Positions 8,210 through 16,507 are shown, counted from the first letter of the stretch. The stretch is DNA of 25,706 nt from a virus (IMGVR_UViG_3300044724_009660:1-25706); one strand, 5' to 3'. The notes: generated by a model from the letters alone, not told the origin. Numbers and translations: made by a program.

Positions 8210-8280
8210 ATTAAATAATAAATAAATATGCCCAACAACCAGATTAACACCTGGAAGACCAAGGAGTATTTGTATTTCAC
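8140..8280 (-). CDS. Putative 46-aa single-TM protein (not in the ORF track)
   Basis: GTG 3 nt after the upstream stop; MKYKYSLVFQVLIWLLGIFIYYLICIGYLYMSPYLLDLAPEKWLKN has a basic N-terminus and a long hydrophobic stretch. Confidence 0.4.
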   Translation of the reverse strand: MKYKYSLVFQVLIWLLGIFIYYLICIGYLYMSPYLLDLAPEKWLKN

Positions 8281-8283
8281 TTT

Positions 8284-8595
8284 TTATCTTTTTACAGAGG
8301 TCAGGCATTGTATAATGAAGTCAAGATTAGTTACACATATTCTGTCTATATTGACGTTGCCCTTCTTGTTTGATATTCTAAATCCAGATTCCTTTTCTTC
8401 GTCAGTTAGTAAATAAGATATAAAGTCGTGAGCCCCATGCTTTTTTAACCATTCCCAATACAATGTTCTAGTCCCTTTCTTGCAAGAAAGTAAAACATCA
8501 TCAAAGATGAAAGTCTTCCCATAAAGAGTCACATCCCTAAAGCAGGAAATTTCACTAGGCGGCTCAGAAAAAACCGAGTCGATTATTAATTTCAT
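8284..8595 (-). CDS. Hypothetical protein (103 aa), possibly a degenerate HAD-like fold
   Basis: Co-directional gap filler with a GTGTA motif upstream; MKLIID... and WLKKHG...DF are only weakly HAD-like (no DxD). Confidence 0.7.
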   Translation of the reverse strand: MKLIIDSVFSEPPSEISCFRDVTLYGKTFIFDDVLLSCKKGTRTLYWEWLKKHGAHDFISYLLTDEEKESGFRISNKKGNVNIDRICVTNLDFIIQCLTSVKR

Positions 8596-8604
8596 GTAAA
8601 TGGT

Positions 8605-8609
8605 TACAC
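8605..8609 (-). promoter_or_regulatory. GTGTA motif 9 nt upstream of ATG 8595
   Basis: Minus strand reads GTGTA-ACCATTTAC-ATG; intergenic. Confidence 0.55.
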
Positions 8610-8645
8610 ATAAAACATGCAGCCACCTACGGAAATGGTGTTATC

Positions 8646-11129
8646 TTACTGGCAGCTTTCGCATGTGCCGCCATTTTTCATGGCTTCTATACTGCATGCA
8701 TTTACGGTAGAATTATCTGAGGCTGTTGTTGATTCACTAGATTTTTCAATCTTTGATGCAGCCCTATTCCTTAGATAATATGTGGTTTTTAATCCTAGTT
8801 CCCAGCATTTCATATAAATATCATTTAAGTACTTAAGTGATGTGGACTTGTTGTATAAGTTGAAGCTGATAGCTTGGTCAATCCATTTTTGCCTGACCGC
8901 ATTGCATTCAATTAATTTAATCATGTCTCTATCGAATGCTGTTTTATACTTATCTTTGATGTGCGCCGGTATGGAGCCATTAAGAAGCGAAAGGTCACCA
9001 TCACAACTCTTTACGAGAGCTGCTGTCTCTGGATTCCATAGGCCGGCTTCTTTCATGTCGTTAACAAAGTGAGGGTTTGTAATGTAGAAGTTGCCACTTT
9101 TGTTTTCATAGACAAATAATACTGAGAAGTTGGGTTCTATGCTTTGCTCAACACCATTTATGTAGCCGATAGTAGCGGTAGGTGCGATAGCCATAACATT
9201 AGAATTTCTCATCCCTTGTTCAGCCACGGTAGACCTAAGGATTTTCCAGTCCTTACCCATAAACTGGCTATATTTAGAAATTTTTGTGTCAACCTCGGTC
9301 TTTCTGTAATCCATTAGGTTTTTATAGGAGTCTATTGGCATAATGCCTTGAGACCAAAGTGAGCCTTCGTAGCTGTTGTATTGACCTTTTTCCTTAGCTA
9401 GATTGGAGCTAGCTAAGATAGCATGATATGAGTAAAACTCAAACAGTCCATCATTGAATTCAATAGATTCATCACTGTCAATGGGTATATCCATTTTGTG
9501 TAGTACATCATGGATTGCCATCATGCCAAGTCCAATTGGCCTGTGGTTTAAGTTTGAATTTGCGGCTTCTTTTGTAGGATAAAAGTTAATATCAATAACA
9601 TTATCCAACATTCTGATAGCAGTATGAATTGACTTTTTTAATTTACCATAATCAAGCGTGTAACTATTTTCGCCATGAGTCTGTTCTTCTTTTAAATGAT
9701 TAAGTAAATTAATTGACCCTAGATTGCATACAGCTGTTTCACCAACCTCTACTTTTTCGCCCTCTTTATACTTAGAAGATTTTGTGTGCAATGTAATTTC
9801 TGTGCATAAATTTGAACTCTTTACAGTGCCCTCATGTTGGTTTGTATACCTAATGTTGCAAGGATCTTTGAATGTATTCCAAGGGTGCGAGGTCTCGAAG
9901 AGAACCTTTAACATCTTTTTCCATAAATCTTTTGCTGGAAGAACTCTGTAATTTTTAATCAAACCATCCTCTGCCATATCGCACAATTCATTGTATCGTT
10001 TATCAAAGTCTTCACCGTAAAGATCGTGTAGGGTGGTACCATCTTCTAGTGCTGTATCCTTAGGATCAAAATAATACCAAGCATCTTCGTTTTGAACGCG
10101 ACGCATAAATTCATCGGGAACCCAAGATGCCGTGTTCATATCGTGACAACGCAGACGGTCATCCCCCGTGTTCCTGCGAAGGTTTAAAAAGTCCTCAAAG
10201 TCAAGATGCCAAGGTTCGAGATATGCACATCCAGCACCTGGACGCTTGCCGCCTTGATTTACAGCAACCAGAAGATCGTTGTAAATCTTTAACCAAGGAA
10301 CAAGCCCACTTGAAATACCGTTTGTGCCCTCGATATGCGAGCCAGTAGAGCGAAAGGGTGTTACATCTAATCCAAGACCGCCCGCATACTTGCTTTTACG
10401 GGCCTCCTGCCAGGCGCCATCAAAGATACCATCAATACTGTCGTCAAAGGTATTAAGGTAGCAAGAACTTAATTGAGAGTGTGTGGTCCCGCTATTAAAA
10501 AGTGTTGGGGTTGATGGGGTATATAGTTGTTGACTAATTAATTCGTAAAACTCAATAGCTTTCTCGGTTTTATTATCTTCGTTTATAGACAGACCCATAG
10601 CCACCCTCATGAAGAAAGATTGTGGTGCCTCCATGATCTTATTGTCTAACCTAATAAAATATCTATCATAAAGAATTTGGACACCTAGGTATTTAAGGTT
10701 TTTATCTCGACTAATCTTCATAGCTTCAGATAAAGCTGGCAGATCAAAGTCTAGCAGTCTTGAGTCTAGACGGTTTTCTTTGACTAGTTTCTTTGTGTTT
10801 TGAATGAAACTTTTTCTATATTGTAATTTAAATGTGTCGGAGTCCACCCCTTCTTTAAAGACCTCTTTGTATAAAGTATTTAATAATAAACCAGCTGCAG
10901 CAAAAGAATAGTTTGGCTCTTTCTCGATCTTTTCTCTGGCTGAGAAAATAAGTGCTTGATCTATCTCCCTGGTTGTGATCTTGTCGAACAGTTGGAGCTG
11001 TGCGTCGAGCACTATTTCACTGGGTGATACATCCTCGATTCCTTCACAGGCTCTGAGTGAGCTGGCATTAATCTTATCTACTATAAAATCTTCTAATCTT
11101 CCGTTTCTCTTCTTTACTTTAATATTCAT
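8646..11129 (-). CDS. nrdA: Ribonucleotide reductase class I large subunit with N-terminal ATP cone
   Basis: VKKRNG ATP cone, PSTPTLFNSG, QLSSCY, NQGGKRPGA, SNLCTEI, VCNLGS, APTAT, LKTTYYLR and C-terminal CESCQ. Confidence 0.97.
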   Translation of the reverse strand: MNIKVKKRNGRLEDFIVDKINASSLRACEGIEDVSPSEIVLDAQLQLFDKITTREIDQALIFSAREKIEKEPNYSFAAAGLLLNTLYKEVFKEGVDSDTFKLQYRKSFIQNTKKLVKENRLDSRLLDFDLPALSEAMKISRDKNLKYLGVQILYDRYFIRLDNKIMEAPQSFFMRVAMGLSINEDNKTEKAIEFYELISQQLYTPSTPTLFNSGTTHSQLSSCYLNTFDDSIDGIFDGAWQEARKSKYAGGLGLDVTPFRSTGSHIEGTNGISSGLVPWLKIYNDLLVAVNQGGKRPGAGCAYLEPWHLDFEDFLNLRRNTGDDRLRCHDMNTASWVPDEFMRRVQNEDAWYYFDPKDTALEDGTTLHDLYGEDFDKRYNELCDMAEDGLIKNYRVLPAKDLWKKMLKVLFETSHPWNTFKDPCNIRYTNQHEGTVKSSNLCTEITLHTKSSKYKEGEKVEVGETAVCNLGSINLLNHLKEEQTHGENSYTLDYGKLKKSIHTAIRMLDNVIDINFYPTKEAANSNLNHRPIGLGMMAIHDVLHKMDIPIDSDESIEFNDGLFEFYSYHAILASSNLAKEKGQYNSYEGSLWSQGIMPIDSYKNLMDYRKTEVDTKISKYSQFMGKDWKILRSTVAEQGMRNSNVMAIAPTATIGYINGVEQSIEPNFSVLFVYENKSGNFYITNPHFVNDMKEAGLWNPETAALVKSCDGDLSLLNGSIPAHIKDKYKTAFDRDMIKLIECNAVRQKWIDQAISFNLYNKSTSLKYLNDIYMKCWELGLKTTYYLRNRAASKIEKSSESTTASDNSTVNACSIEAMKNGGTCESCQ

Positions 11130-11139
11130 GCAATTTATT

Positions 11140-11144
11140 TACAC
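11140..11144 (-). promoter_or_regulatory. GTGTA motif 10 nt upstream of the nrdA ATG
   Basis: Minus strand reads GTGTA-AATAAATTGC-ATG; intergenic. Confidence 0.55.
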
Positions 11145-11242
11145 GGGTGGTAAAACTCTTTTTAAAAAAATACAATTTAAGTCAACTTTTATAGAATACC
11201 ACATTTTTTGGTGTAAAGCAATATTATAATTTAAGATAGTTA

Positions 11243-12283
11243 TCAACAATGCTGTTTTGATAATAAAACAAAATCATTCTTGAACATTTTGGTGGCAAGA
11301 TTTCCTAGTGTGCTCTTTCTTGACCATGATAATTCTAATTCAGCAAGGGTTGGGTCTCCACATAGTTTGTAATTATCTAGTGGTCTATAAAATTTTGGGT
11401 TAACGGCGAAAATAATATCACCAGATTTTGTTAAATATTTTTCTTCTTCCCCCTCCCCGTGTTTGATAAACTGTATGCCTGCTGCAGATAGGCAAATTTC
11501 CAAAAAATCTCTAACTGTATGTAGTTCCCCGCTGGACAGTATGTAATTTCTTGGCTGGTCTTGATTTAGCATCAACCAAACTCCATGAACAAAGTCCTCG
11601 GCATCGCTCCAGTCTCTTTGGGCATCTATGTTGCCTAGATAAAGTGGTTCGAACTTCTCTTTTTTATTGATGGATTTCTTTATTTTAGCTATGCCGTAAG
11701 AAATTTTTCGGGTCACAAAGTCTAGTCCGCGCCTTGGGCTTTCGTGATTGTATAGCCATGGCTGTATCGCGAACAGCCCGTATGACTCTCTGTACACTCT
11801 TACTATGTGTCTGGCTGCACATTTAGATGCTCCATATGGAGATTGCGGTTCTAGCGAACTGGTTTCGTCTTGCTTTAAGGTATTTGATTTCCCGAACTCT
11901 TCTGAGGAGCCTGCATTTAAGAACTTACATTCCGGATTGAATCTACGGATTGACTCTAATATATGTAGCACAGATGTAGAGTCTGTTTCCCATGTTTGTA
12001 TTGGGTAATCCCAGCTACCTGCAACAAAAGATTGTGCCGCAAAATTAATAAAGTAGTCTGGTTGTAGGTCTATAACTATATCCCTGATGCTGTGAGCGTC
12101 ATTTAAGTCCATATTTACCAGCTTGAATCTTTTTTCATTTTCAAGGTGCTGTATGTTTTCATGATTTTTGACACTGAGTCTTCTGATTGATCCAAATATA
12201 TCATGTTCGGTTTCCCTGAGTAGGTAATCAACCATCAAGCTACCGTCTTGACCGGTGACCCCAGTGACTAGAACCTTGCTCAT
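11243..12283 (-). CDS. gmd: GDP-mannose 4,6-dehydratase
   Basis: LVTGVTGQDGS, NFAAQSFV, SSEEFG, PQSPYGASK, NHESPRRG.DFVTRKI and LGNIDAQRDW. Confidence 0.95.
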   Translation of the reverse strand: MSKVLVTGVTGQDGSLMVDYLLRETEHDIFGSIRRLSVKNHENIQHLENEKRFKLVNMDLNDAHSIRDIVIDLQPDYFINFAAQSFVAGSWDYPIQTWETDSTSVLHILESIRRFNPECKFLNAGSSEEFGKSNTLKQDETSSLEPQSPYGASKCAARHIVRVYRESYGLFAIQPWLYNHESPRRGLDFVTRKISYGIAKIKKSINKKEKFEPLYLGNIDAQRDWSDAEDFVHGVWLMLNQDQPRNYILSSGELHTVRDFLEICLSAAGIQFIKHGEGEEEKYLTKSGDIIFAVNPKFYRPLDNYKLCGDPTLAELELSWSRKSTLGNLATKMFKNDFVLLSKQHC

Positions 12284-13089
12284 GCCGAAGTCCAGGATGT
12301 GGGGCAGAAGTTTTCTCTATTTGATCCGTAAGGGTCTAGCCAATTATTTGGATAGACAACCTCTTTATCTTCGTTTTTATTTAAGAATGCCCCCCACCAG
12401 CTAAATGTACTGTTGGCTATGATATTATTAGAACATTGAGACATTACTGAAAGATTATGAATAGGGCAATCGTTATCAACGAAGACTGCATTTGGTATGC
12501 CTATATTTTCTCTGCACCATTTTAAGTCGTCTGATAAAACATATATTTTACCAGATGGATTGATAATTTCAAGTGCTTTTTTGTAATAAGAGATATCTAG
12601 AACTGGGTGAGTGTCTTGATTTTGTAGATAATCACCCCTCCTGATGTGAAGAGAGCACGAGTCAGTAAAGTCATACTCGTTTATTTTCTGTAGATTTATA
12701 ATGGATTTAATTTCTTTTCTGTGATTCCAGAAATATCTATAATTTTGCCAGTAACCGTTTAAAATGTAATCATATTCGTTGTTTACATCAAGCACCCTGA
12801 ATCCCGATTTATCGTTAACTCTAACTAGTTTTGAGGTGGATAGTTTATTGTATGTGTATCCATCCAGTAGGTTAATCTGCTTACCTAATAATAAGGGTAT
12901 GGAGAATTTTCTTGGAGAAAAGGATGGGTTTGAGGCTTGACTTCGGTAAGACGATATATCATAATGCACTTCACTTTTTTTAGAAAGTACATGTCCGTAG
13001 GCCCATTGGAATAGTTGGTTTCCTATGCCCGAATGAACCCTCATTACTACAATAGAGGTTCTTGCTGCAACTGCATCTTGGGTATCCAT
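12280..13089 (-). CDS. GT11 alpha-1,2-fucosyltransferase-like glycosyltransferase
   Basis: GIGNQLFQ, GYWQN, SLHIRRGDY, VLSDD and IIANSTFSWWGAFL are the GT11 motifs. Start moved to ATG 13089, just after the upstream stop. Confidence 0.92.
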   Translation of the reverse strand: MDTQDAVAARTSIVVMRVHSGIGNQLFQWAYGHVLSKKSEVHYDISSYRSQASNPSFSPRKFSIPLLLGKQINLLDGYTYNKLSTSKLVRVNDKSGFRVLDVNNEYDYILNGYWQNYRYFWNHRKEIKSIINLQKINEYDFTDSCSLHIRRGDYLQNQDTHPVLDISYYKKALEIINPSGKIYVLSDDLKWCRENIGIPNAVFVDNDCPIHNLSVMSQCSNNIIANSTFSWWGAFLNKNEDKEVVYPNNWLDPYGSNRENFCPTSWTSA

Positions 13090-13093
13090 TACA

Positions 13094-13861
13094 TTATTTA
13101 TGTATGAAGTATACATCCTTTCTGTTATTTTCGTACTTCTTGAATTCGCTACACACTGGGTAGCCAATTATTTTTTGCTCAGTTTCAATGTACGACCTTA
13201 GTAGATATTGAAGCACCCACATGTCGGCATTGAACTCTGGCCGTCTCATTGCTGTCCTGACCTCCACAAATGAATTGTAGAATTTTTTCATCCTACTGAA
13301 AGACCCACCTATGACTCCCATGTTGATAAGCTCCCAACTATTTCCGTTTAAAATAAACAAAAAAGTATCACTCCAGTTGAATTTTCTGTGTACTTCTAAA
13401 TAGGGAAACTCATTAATTAAGATAGAATCCCTGCAACAAAAATAATCAACCTTAGGGTAGGTCGAAACTAGGTCAGCCGGATCCCTAATTACCTTGACAT
13501 CGGATATGTCATTGTGAAACACGACATCAGGCTCGTATTTTAAATTATTTAAATATTCACTAAAGCAAAAAAACCTAAAATCATTATTAGAGTATTCATT
13601 GACCTTAACCTTCTCGAAAGATATGTTATCAGTTGAGTACTCGTCCACAAAATCACCAGACAAGTTGTCGTGAAACACAACACACTTAATATTTTTATCT
13701 TTTACAGAGTTGTACCAACCCTCTATATACTCAAAGCTATTGTTCGCCACCTTCCCATTAGCCATCCTGCCAACTACGGCCGAATCTTGAGGGCTATTAG
13801 GGTGAATCTTCTCAGAGAAATAAGAGGTTAAAATTAATGATGTAACTTTTTTTCTTGACAT
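13094..13861 (-). CDS. Putative glycosyltransferase (GT-A-like)
   Basis: RFFCFSEYL...VFHNDISDVKVIRDP (DxxD metal-binding-like) and LINMGVIGG; in an operon with GT11 and gmd. Likely start is ATG 13861 (MSRKK). Confidence 0.55.
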   Translation of the reverse strand: MSRKKVTSLILTSYFSEKIHPNSPQDSAVVGRMANGKVANNSFEYIEGWYNSVKDKNIKCVVFHDNLSGDFVDEYSTDNISFEKVKVNEYSNNDFRFFCFSEYLNNLKYEPDVVFHNDISDVKVIRDPADLVSTYPKVDYFCCRDSILINEFPYLEVHRKFNWSDTFLFILNGNSWELINMGVIGGSFSRMKKFYNSFVEVRTAMRRPEFNADMWVLQYLLRSYIETEQKIIGYPVCSEFKKYENNRKDVYFIHK

Positions 13862-13882
13862 TTTTAAAAAATCTGTTATAAT
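13855..13882 (+). promoter_or_regulatory. Sigma70-type promoter TTGACA-N16-TATAAT with extended -10 (TGn)
   Basis: TTGACA at 13855-13860 and TGT-TATAAT at 13874-13882. Confidence 0.75.
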
Positions 13883-13902
13883 CCTCAAAACAAGTTTTGA
13901 GG
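13883..13902. repeat. Perfect inverted repeat CCTCAAAAC-AA-GTTTTGAGG (putative operator or hairpin)
   Basis: 9-bp arms with a 2-nt spacer, immediately after the -10 of the plus-strand promoter. Confidence 0.8.
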
Positions 13903-13953
13903 TTAATATTTATATTATATCTCACGATTCTAACGATAATCTTAATTATAATG

Positions 13954-13983
13954 TTGACAATACTATATATTATAATGTATACT
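13954..13983 (+). promoter_or_regulatory. Second sigma70-type promoter TTGACA-N18-TATACT
   Basis: TTGACA at 13954-13959 and TATACT at 13978-13983, 14 nt before the sigma-factor ATG. Confidence 0.65.
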
Positions 13984-13997
13984 ATGCAAAAATTCAA
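13969..13997 (-). promoter_or_regulatory. Possible leftward promoter TTGAAT-N17-TATAAT for the GT/GT11/gmd operon
   Basis: -35 at 13992-13997 (4/6 match) and a perfect -10 at 13969-13974. The region is very AT-rich, so a chance match is possible. Confidence 0.45.
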
Positions 13998-14570
13998 ATG
14001 ATAAATCTCAAAAATGACAAAGACTTGGTGAAGAACATCAAGAAAGGTAAAAAAGTTGACGAAAGCTTATGCGAGTTAGTTAATCGCAATAGCGGAATCT
14101 TTATAAAGATGGTTAACAAATACTCAAATAAACATCAAAGGCTGGACTTAATCGGGGATAAAGAGTATTACATATACAAGGCTGCATTAAAGTACGATGA
14201 GTCTAAAAATGTAAAATTCTCAACACACCTAGGGGTTGAGTCTAAGTGGCTATGTATCAACAACTATAACCTCAATAAGAAAAGGAACGAGATAGACTTA
14301 TCCGCCGTAGATAATTTCATTGAATCAGATAACTTAAAAGAGTCTATACAGTCCAAAGATTGCATAGAAAAGATACTTGAATTTACAGACTCCCATCCAG
14401 ACAAAAGAGTTAGTAAAATCTTCGAACTAAGATACAGTGATGGTCACAATAATAAATTAAAACCCTGGAGCGAAATATGCAATGAAGTTGGGCTTAGTGT
14501 TCAAGGATCTATATTGGTTCACGACGAAGCAATCTCATCAATCAAAAGAAAACTAAAGAAAGAAATATAA
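13998..14570 (+). CDS. Phage-encoded sigma70-family RNA polymerase sigma factor
   Basis: Region 2 (ELVNRNSGIFIKMVNKY...DL...AALKYDESKNVKFSTH, compare AVEKFDxxRGxKFSTY) and a region 4 HTH (IFELRY...PWSEICNEVGLSVQGSILVHDEAISSIK). Confidence 0.82.
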   Translation: MINLKNDKDLVKNIKKGKKVDESLCELVNRNSGIFIKMVNKYSNKHQRLDLIGDKEYYIYKAALKYDESKNVKFSTHLGVESKWLCINNYNLNKKRNEIDLSAVDNFIESDNLKESIQSKDCIEKILEFTDSHPDKRVSKIFELRYSDGHNNKLKPWSEICNEVGLSVQGSILVHDEAISSIKRKLKKEI

Positions 14571-14571
14571 T

Positions 14572-14955
14572 ATGGTAAATAAATTCATAGGCATAGGTCA
14601 CCTGTGCGACAACCCCAAACTACAAGAATTCAATGATAGCAAGAAATGTTCATTTTCTATAGCGATCAACTCAACCAAGACTGAAGTCTTATTTTTAAAT
14701 GTGGAGGCTTGGAATAAATTGTGCGATAATTGCTGCGAATACTTAACTAAAGGCTCGTGCGTTTACATCGAAGGCAAAGTCAAGTCCTCGAAATGGGAAG
14801 ATAAATCCGGCAACAAGAGAACAAACTTTTTTGTAAGTGCTGAGATCGTAAGGTTTCTTCCTAATTCAAAAAGAGAAGATGAAAAAAAGGTAGAAAAACC
14901 TCAAGTTTCAACTAATATCTCTAATATAATAGGAGAAGAAGAACCACCATTTTAA
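14572..14955 (+). CDS. ssb: Single-stranded DNA-binding protein (bacterial SSB type)
   Basis: NKFIGIGHL...FSIAIN...FLNVEAW...YLTKGSCVYIEGK...WEDKSG, with an acidic C-terminal EEEPPF tip. Confidence 0.93.
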   Translation: MVNKFIGIGHLCDNPKLQEFNDSKKCSFSIAINSTKTEVLFLNVEAWNKLCDNCCEYLTKGSCVYIEGKVKSSKWEDKSGNKRTNFFVSAEIVRFLPNSKREDEKKVEKPQVSTNISNIIGEEEPPF

Positions 14956-14956
14956 A

Positions 14957-16039
14957 ATGAGCAACATAATTTTTAGTGCCCCAATTAACTCTTTAAGCTT
15001 TGGTAATGTATCTTACAATATATTAAGAGAGCTTTTCGAACTCGGTGTAGATGTAGGCTTCTTTCCTATAGGTAAAGATTTAGACTTCTCCGCATTTGAT
15101 AAAGCAACAGATGAATTTAAAGATTGGGTTAAGTCTAGCTATAATAATCGGTTCGAATACACAGACAGGTCTACACCTCATCTCAAGATGTGGCACATTA
15201 ACGGATCTGAATCTTCAATCACAGGTAACAATTTCCTATATACATTCCACGAAACTAGCGAATCTACAAAAATAGAAAATAAAATCTGCAGTCTTCACAA
15301 GAAGGTTATATTTAGTAGCTCTTACTCAAAAGACATATTCCTAAAGTCATGCGGCAATGCTACTAATGTACCAATTGGATTAGATAAGGATTTCCATATT
15401 ACCGACAAAGAGTACCTAAAAGGTAAGGTGCACTTCGGACTTATGGGTAAGTTTGAAAAAAGAAAACATACAGCCAGAATATTATCACACTGGGCTGACA
15501 GATTTGGTGACAACAATGATTACCAACTCACCTGTTGTATCAACAACTCATTCCTAGATGAAGAAGAAAACTACAAAAATATACTTGATGCCTTAAACAA
15601 AAAGAGATACAAAAACATCAATATACTTCCAAGGCTCAACACCAACAGTGAAGTGAATGAATATTTAAATTCAATTGATATAGATCTCAGTGGGTTAAGT
15701 GGTGCAGAGGGATGGAACCTGCCATCATTTAACTCTACCTGCTTAGGCAAATGGAGTATAGTCTTGAATTCAACAGCCCACAAGGACTGGGCGGACGAAT
15801 CAAACTGTGTACTAGTGGAGCCCGACGGCCAAGAAGATTGCTATGATGGCTTATTCTTCAAGGAAGGCTTAAATTACAATCAAGGTCAAATTTATAGCTT
15901 CACAAAAGAGTCTTTTAATAATGCTATTGATAAAGCATTGGACCTATGTAAAGAAAAAAATAAAAATGGAATTGACTTATCAAAGAAATTTACTTATAAT
16001 AATACAGTAAAGGAAATATTAAAAATAATAAAATTATGA
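14957..16039 (+). CDS. GT-B fold glycosyltransferase (GT4-like)
   Basis: SFGNVSYNILREL, YTFHET, VPIGLD, MGKFEKRK and SGAEGWNLP. Confidence 0.8.
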   Translation: MSNIIFSAPINSLSFGNVSYNILRELFELGVDVGFFPIGKDLDFSAFDKATDEFKDWVKSSYNNRFEYTDRSTPHLKMWHINGSESSITGNNFLYTFHETSESTKIENKICSLHKKVIFSSSYSKDIFLKSCGNATNVPIGLDKDFHITDKEYLKGKVHFGLMGKFEKRKHTARILSHWADRFGDNNDYQLTCCINNSFLDEEENYKNILDALNKKRYKNINILPRLNTNSEVNEYLNSIDIDLSGLSGAEGWNLPSFNSTCLGKWSIVLNSTAHKDWADESNCVLVEPDGQEDCYDGLFFKEGLNYNQGQIYSFTKESFNNAIDKALDLCKEKNKNGIDLSKKFTYNNTVKEILKIIKL

Positions 16040-16224
16040 ATACTAGGTTAGAAGGAAATACTATATTGTTGTGTTGTGGCAAAAATCGTTGCCCATCTAT
16101 ATCTAAAGACATCGAAGATAAAAATTCTTTTCTTATCAAAGATGACTTTGGTGGTGTTGTTAAGCTAGAAAAAGACCAACTTCTAGCTATTAAAGAAGCA
16201 CTAGAAAGGATTGATGATATCTGA
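16036..16224 (+). CDS. Small hypothetical protein with CCxxxxCP (62 aa)
   Basis: ATGA-coupled to the upstream GT and overlapping the downstream start. Confidence 0.7.
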   Translation: MNTRLEGNTILLCCGKNRCPSISKDIEDKNSFLIKDDFGGVVKLEKDQLLAIKEALERIDDI

Positions 16225-16507
16225 AATCCTGGCTAGCATAGGTCTAATGTGGATTCTGAAACACGGATCCATATTAGACCCGCTTCGGAACCTCTTAGTG
16301 AAACTCCACCCTAAAATCAATGAGCTATTTAAATGCAGTATGTGTTTAGGCTTTTGGTCAGGTTTAGCTGTAGCATTATTTTCTTATAGTTTGAATAAAA
16401 ATCAAGAAATTTTCTTACTACCCCTTGCTTCTTCAGGATTATCATGGTTAATGGATAGCCTGCTAGACCTAATACAGACTTCCTGTAACAAGATAGAAGG
16501 TAAATAA
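16214..16507 (+). CDS. DUF1360-like small membrane protein
   Basis: ILDPLR...ELFKCSMCLGFWSG matches the ELLxCxxCxGxW pattern; three hydrophobic segments. Start is ATG 16214 or TTG 16211. Confidence 0.7.
   Translation: MISEILASIGLMWILKHGSILDPLRNLLVKLHPKINELFKCSMCLGFWSGLAVALFSYSLNKNQEIFLLPLASSGLSWLMDSLLDLIQTSCNKIEGK

Noticed and set aside
8613-8641. Possible terminator hairpin after nrdA (CACC...GGTG)
   Set aside because: Only a 4-bp firm stem and no adjacent U-tract.
11157-11185. TTGACT upstream of nrdA as a sigma70 -35
   Set aside because: No acceptable -10 at 16-18 nt spacing.
11199-11214. NrdR-box-like sequence ACACCAAAAAATGTGG upstream of nrdA
   Set aside because: The flanks fit ACAC-N8-GTG but the central ATAT core is missing and there is no tandem second box; too weak to call.
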